A stretch of 64,000 nt of DNA from Eledone cirrhosa. Taxonomy: Eukaryota. The notes beneath the pieces were generated by a model. The model saw nothing but the letters and a program-made list of their open reading frames with translations, was not told where the DNA came from and searched no databases. Positions 57,848 through 64,000 of the stretch are shown in pieces. The DNA lies in assembly GCA_964016885.1 (NCBI GenBank), contig OZ024741.1, positions 38,750,001-38,814,000 on the forward strand. Reading direction: 5' to 3'. Position 1 is the stretch's first letter. Every line of letters begins with the position of its first letter. The translations under genes were made by a program, and so were the position numbers.

Positions 57848-60519
57848 CTAGTGGCTTTTCTGCTGCTGCGCCTCATCAGTGAGTTTAGAAAATCGAGGTT
57901 CAACACTAGTTAATGTCAGTCTCATACACTCGTCAATTGCTGACAGTTTATTCATCTTCTTTGTGCAGATTTCTACCAACTGCGAAAACCCTTTTTCGCA
58001 CAAGTAGCTAGATGGGAATAAAGTCAAATATTTTAATGCAAGTTGGCTGATTTCATTAAACTACCCAATCAAGAATAAGTCGATCCATAGTTCTTTCTTT
58101 CTGCTTTCGAATATCACTTTCAGGTCTTCGTTTGAATTCAAATCCATCAACTGATGTAAGCATTGTGCAGGTAGTAAATTTTTACAATTTCCCGCGTCAT
58201 TTTCTGACACTAACTGCTCGATCTCGGTGAACGGGTTTTTTATCCATAAATTTCCGCTAACAATATCTTTTTCCATCAAGTCAAAATAATCTGAAAAACT
58301 TGTGGAAAGCACATTTAAATGAGAAAGAATAATCTTCTTTAGATTGCTGGAGTCAAAATCTCCTCTCTTTTTAAGCTCTATTTCAAGGTTTGAAAATAAT
58401 GAGTAATTGTCCGATGCAATTCTTTTTATAAAGATGTTTAATGTTGATTGAAAATATGTAATAAAATTGATTGAAGTAAAAATATCTGCATTGTTACCCT
58501 GAAGACACTTATTTAGTTTGTTCAGTTCACCAAAAATGTCTACTAAATAAGCGAGTTGCACATTCCATTCATTGGTTTCTAATACACTTGCTCTTTCATC
58601 ATTCTGTTTTTTTAGAAAAACTATTATTTCTTCTCTCAGTTCAAAATCTCTCTTCATAGCATCCCCAAAAGACAGCCAACGCACATCATTGTTCAATAAC
58701 AATCTATTATAATTACTTCCAGAAGATTCACAAATAGATTCAAACATTCTAGAATGTTTTGCTCTTGCATGGATCAAATTGATAATTTTGACAATGTCTT
58801 TCAGCTGGTCATTTAATATTTGAGCATCTCTGTCTTTGAATTTTTTGGAACACAAAACCTCTCGATGAATCATACAATGATTTGAAATACAATTTGGGGT
58901 CTGTTCTTTAATTTTTGCAATCAAACCAGAATTTTTACCAGTCATTGCAGCTGCTCCATCTGTTGTTATTGAAGTCAATTTGCTCCAAGATACACCATTT
59001 TTTAAAGAATACTCTTCAATTTTATTGAATATATCTTGACCTTTAGTTGTGATGTCTAATACCAGAAAAAACAAATACTCTTCTACTAATTCTTTTTTAT
59101 CAAGGTCTACAAACCGTACATAGCAAATTAATTGAGCCATGTTATTAATATCCGTAGTTTCGTCCACTTGCAGACCAAAACATGTGCTTTTCTTTAGTGC
59201 AGTTAGTATCTGATTTTCTATATCAGAAGAAATATCAATTATCCTTCTTTTTACGGTATTTGCTGACAATAGTAACTGGCTTAATTTTTCTTTGTCCTTA
59301 ATGCTGCAGGTTTCAAAAAGATTCTCTGTAGCAATTTTTATACTTGGCAGAATTAACTGTTCTCCCCTAATGTAAATGGTTTCTTGTTTTTACCAATCAA
59401 ATGTGAAATTTCAAAAGATGTTCTTGTTAAAGCTTTATTTCTATGTGACTTTTTACAAAACAAGTCAGACATATTAGCTTGTGATTTTTTGACGTTGTTT
59501 TTCAGCGATGTAAAGTATTCCAGTGACTGTTTTTATCATTGGTGTGATTAGTATCAATGATGCCTGCATACGAACAGCAATGTTGCATGGCAGTGAAACC
59601 TGGGAATTGTGTGCAGAGGATATACGCAGACTAGAGAGGAACGAAGCTTGCATGCTCCGCTGGATGTGTAATAGTAATATACGTGAACGGCAAAGCATTA
59701 ACGAACTAAGGGAAACATTAGAAATAAGAGGCATCAGATGTTGTTTACTCGAGAGAAGGCTACGTTGGTATGGTCACGTGATGCGCATGAAAGACGACAG
59801 CTGCATAAAAAAGTGCAGGGCAATAAAAATAGACGGTAGCCACGGAGTAGGCAGACCCAGAAAAACCTGGGACGACTTGATAAATTCCGACCTCACACAC
59901 TTACATCTCTCCAAGACAATGTCACTGGACCGAGATCTTTGGCGGTACACAATAATAGAGAAGACCCGCCTTACCTAAATACAAAGTAAAACCTACTACA
60001 CCCCGTCCCACTACCCCCACCCCATCTACACCGCCCCTTTCAATGTAAAGTTATGTTGGTACCACAACATCCAGGCCGAAACAAATGAGGTCGTGTAGGT
60101 GTCACGACAAAAAAAACACACAGTCCACGCTGTAATGTGGCCGTGTAGGTAGCACGGTAAAAACCTCCCAGTTCCACACTGTAAATGTGGTTGGTGTTAG
60201 GAAGGGCATCCAGCCGTAGAAAACCCGCGAGACAGTCCAATGCGAGCAAGACAACCACTCTTGCCTCAAGTGGGAAAATTCCCGTCCAAACCCACGCAAG
60301 CGTGGAATATGGACGTTAAACGATGATGATGTGTCTTTTAAGTTTTGCAGGATTTAAACAGCTATTTGATAGAACTTTTGAACATAGCAAACACATGGGC
60401 TGATCTGGTATATCTTTTTTAGTGTCAGCTTTTTGAAATCCATATCTAACATAATCATCACACCACTGTCTAACCTTACTGCTGGTATCTAACTTCAGCT
60501 TCTTTGCAGTAGACATCAT
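57848..60519 (-). pseudogene. hAT transposase (ZBED5/ZBED8-like), disrupted
   Basis: BED finger YVRYGF...PMCLLC...KLKRH|IDTNH, LQVDETTD, ITTDGAAAM, HCMIH, VRWLS, YLCEKGFS, C-terminal QKSH*. In-frame stop at 58061, frameshifts near 59390/59530, and a LINE insertion. Confidence 0.92.
59560..60328 (+). mobile_element. RTE-like LINE 3' fragment with (GAT)n tail, inserted in the transposase
   Basis: MLHGSETW, RRLRWYGHVMRM, GRPRKTW; 3' UTR GGAAGGGCATCCAGCCGTAGAAA...GGACGTTAAACGATGATGATG. Confidence 0.88.
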
Positions 60520-62035
60520 ATCAATGTTATTTATCTACAGTTAACATTTGTAATGATATTAATAAACAAGAGAAATTAATTTTTTTTTATTACAAAAAGT
60601 ACTTAAATTAACTTTAATTTTAGATATTTGGAAAAACTTAACTAGTTAAAAAAAAATTTTAATTTTTAAAAATTGAAATTTCTCCATTTTAGGATGGCAA
60701 GCATATTATTTAAAGTCTTATAATAATATTTAAATATTAGGGGTTACTGAAAAAGGTGCAAATTTATAAACAACTAGAAGAAATTTTTTTCAGAGTCCAG
60801 CACTTCCTGCATATACTTCTTTAGGGTCGTATTAAATATTATTGGTAATGTAAATATATTTAAATATCCGTCATACTAAAAGGTGCAAAAAATGCAAATC
60901 AGCTGATAGTGTAGAAAATGTGACGATGGTATTGTAAATTAATTCAGATATCTTCTATCTATTTTGACTCAAAGTTAGATATAATATAAGAAGGCTTTAG
61001 GCTGCGTAAAACATCTATTAGATTGGAACAAATAAAGTTTAGTCAAATGTTTGTGGACATATATATTTATTGTATAAAGTAATTTCTCAATTGTAAATGC
61101 AGATGTCATCAAATTAATACATAATTGTGTGGCAAAGTTTATAGTGTATGCATGGAATACAAAATTACCTTTGTTAGTAGTCGAAACTTTACAGGCGTTA
61201 TATTTTCTGTGCAAAGTACAACAGAATGTAACGTGTTCTTATTTAGAATTGTCTGTGGAACTGGATGCATGTTGAAAACGACTAGTAAGAGAGTTCACTC
61301 TGTGAGGAAACTTTAGGCGACTTTAAAGCTTTTGTGAGGACAGCAGATTAAAACGTGTTCTCTATTGAACACATTCTACTGAACTTACGTTGTGAGAACA
61401 GCGAACTGACCCTGTCTCTCGGCTGAGAGACCTCGCTGAACTGAAGTTTTCAGTTTAAAGATATGCTGTCATCGACCAACATTTACTTGTTCGTGATTGG
61501 TCAATTTCTAAGTTCAATTAGTGTATTATCAGTAGTATTCAAATTCTCGGAAAACTATGTCTTTCCAGGAATTGATGTGAAATTGAAAGTATTCAATTTC
61601 TACGAATCTCAGAACAGTGTTTTTCAGCTAATTCAAGTGAGAAACTGAAAGTAGTGTTTTCCACGAATTGGAGTGAAGACCCTGTGTACACTACAATAGT
61701 ACTCGTTCATTTATACATTTCACCTTTAGCATTTTCTTTTCACCTTTTTCAGAAAACCCAAAATATTAATGGTAATGTAAATATTTATTTTTTTAAGGAA
61801 CCCAGAGTTTGTTTTACGGAACCCCAAGGTTCCACTGTGCAGGGTGTCCAAAATCACCCTCCTCACCAAGTAAACTTGGTGGAGTTGCCGGCTTAGTCGC
61901 CGAAGATTGACCATGCGACAGGTTGTACTGTAAAAGTTGTAAATATGTATATACACATGTACATATGTATGTATATGTATATATGTATGTGCATTAATGT
62001 GCATGTGCGTGTATATGCTCGGGGACATAGAAATA

Positions 62036-62265
62036 GTCGGGCTGGATGCCCGATCGCGTAAAGGACCCCTAGTCTTTGTCAGGGCATTCTTCTAGAAGAA
62101 GGCAACTCAGGAACTGGGATAACTCCGATATAAAACCCGCGGCTCAGTAGTTACCGATGATGTTGATCTTTTCTTCTTTTCGGGTTATAGCTACTGTCGC
62201 TCAGAGAGTGGGATTGGCTCAGTGCACAGTCTTTCCTCACTTTAAAAAATATCTTCACGCACAGA
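62036..62265 (+). mobile_element. RTE 5'-UTR-like repeat fragment
   Basis: TTCTAGAAGAAGGCAACT...CCGATGATGTTGATCTTTTC...GGGATTGG; matches 48430-48585. Confidence 0.55.
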
Positions 62266-62333
62266 ATTAATTAATAATTATTAATAATGGTATATTGTGC
62301 AATGACGATGCTCGATAACGAGTGGACAGCCAT

Positions 62334-62380
<47 letters not shown>

Positions 62381-62404
62381 GATGTTCTTTTGATCAATTA
62401 CATG

Positions 62405-62451
62405 TTATTATACATATTTCGGAGGTACAACAGTACGTCCTCATCAGACAA
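62405..62451 (-). ncRNA. Minimal type-I hammerhead ribozyme in an about 135-bp insert between (TA)n runs
   Basis: Minus strand: ttgt-CTGATGA-ggacgtac(tgtt)gtacctcc-GAAA-tatgta-TA-ataa. Confidence 0.75.
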
Positions 62452-62508
62452 AATATAATGATACATGACATGCCCTGAGATGTTAAATGGTTAAGATTTA
62501 ATCAAGGT

Positions 62509-62580
<72 letters not shown>

Positions 62581-62648
62581 TCTATTTAGATTTCTCTTTG
62601 AAGGTGTTTTGAAAACTTCATAGTCAGCCTATGATAGAGTAATGCTAG

Positions 62649-62771
<123 letters not shown>

Positions 62772-62894
62772 AATTTGTCTAAGAGCCTGAAGATTAAGTC
62801 ACAATTCAATTTTGATCCGTCATACAAACTGGAGTTATAGTCAATATCGGGCGGCCTTGAAACTCCTTGTTCCGTGCACGAATATATATATATA

Positions 62895-62972
<78 letters not shown>

Positions 62973-64000
62973 GTGACGTTTCTGAACTGAGTAAAGACAA
63001 CATTAATAACTTTCAATTGAGATGGGGGATAACCAAGGAAAATTATTAGATCACTGAATAGAAAGATAAACGAATAAGATGATGTAAATAACAGGCATGT
63101 CTCTGTTATTAGAGAATTAACTTCACAATATTGTGTCTCTGGGGTTCGTCGCATTGCGTGGCATCTTGTATAAGTATCTTCTACCTTATAGAGCAAAAGA
63201 GAGAAAATGTCCCTGAAACACTTATTGTTGTTTCAGTCATAGGACCATGTCCCTAGGTCAATGTCTGGCTGATAGCCGATCAATGTTAACTTCCTTCGAA
63301 CACATATAGGACAAACTTGAACTCAGGACTTCACATATTTTTGCAAGCTCTATGGCAGATTCATACTCATCATGGAGATCTTTTGGAGGCAATGTTTCAT
63401 AATGCCAACCCTATTAGTCAGATGAAGGGATATTTCTCTTAGTCTAAATGTAAGTTAGTCTAAATCTGATACATGCAGAATAGGATTACGATATTACATG
63501 GGAGGGAAATCTACTGTTGTGTTCTAACAACACTGCCCACAATAACCGCAATAGCTTATGGGATTGATTCTGAACCATCATCACAGGAACTCTTATAAAC
63601 TTACTAAAGTTGAGTCACTTGATTTGGTTAAACCATTTGATACCAAACTGTCTGAAACCTGTCTTGATTCTACTATGCTAAGCCGTTTATTATACATTTT
63701 ATAATTATCGAAAACCTCTTATCATTATGAAATCATTTCTTAAGCTATTCTCGAAATAACACGCATAATAATCAGAAAAATATTTTACTACATCACCACA
63801 AATTCTTGATTATTTACAAAACTATTTGCAAATCATTAGCAATGTGTTTCACCAGAAATATGGCAATGAGTGGGTTAATGTCATTAAGCAACCATTAACT
63901 TCTACGAAGATTTGCACGCAAAACACAAATAAGGTCCACAGGACATTATCAATCATTTGACTATTATGTTTGTTGTTGTTCTTTTTAATTTATTCAACGA

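Larger units (their letters stand above)
57696..61837 (-). mobile_element. hAT DNA transposon, Buster/Charlie type
   Basis: Left terminus CAGTGGTCGCCAACC, right terminus ...GGTTCCACTG, subterminal GGAACC repeats. Imperfect TSD CTGTAGGG / TGCAGGG. Interrupts a repeat seen intact at 23773-23890. Confidence 0.85.

Noticed and set aside
57871-57879. CTGATGAGG on the minus strand
   Set aside because: Transposase codons (TDE); no helix II/GAAA arrangement.
58061-59269. Domesticated host ZBED gene
   Set aside because: TIRs, near-TSD, a stop codon, frameshifts and a LINE insertion indicate a dead transposon copy.

Overview
AT-rich, repeat-saturated animal genomic DNA with no recognisable host gene exon. 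The dense (TA)n/(CA)n microsatellites and tRNA-derived SINEs resemble a coleoid cephalopod such as octopus (inference). Almost all long ORFs are artefacts of satellites. Real content: a 22-bp minisatellite (5.7 kb), a 30-bp ACC-type satellite, decayed Tx1/L1-like, RTE, R4-like and CRE-like LINE fragments, a decayed Penelope-like element (RT + C-terminal GIY-YIG, 18.8-21.7 kb), a Buster/Charlie-type hAT transposon (57.7-61.8 kb) in a three-level nested insertion, and many SINEs. The main signal is eight recognisable minimal type-I hammerhead ribozyme (HHR) folds, several with small deviations, plus decayed ones. One sits in the 3' end of the Penelope element. The others lie in short non-coding inserts, mostly between (TA)n runs, often with an inverted arm and terminal redundancy. 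Together they suggest a diverse population of non-autonomous, retrozyme-like elements mobilised by Penelope enzymes. All folds were assigned by eye; no activity or database match has been tested.
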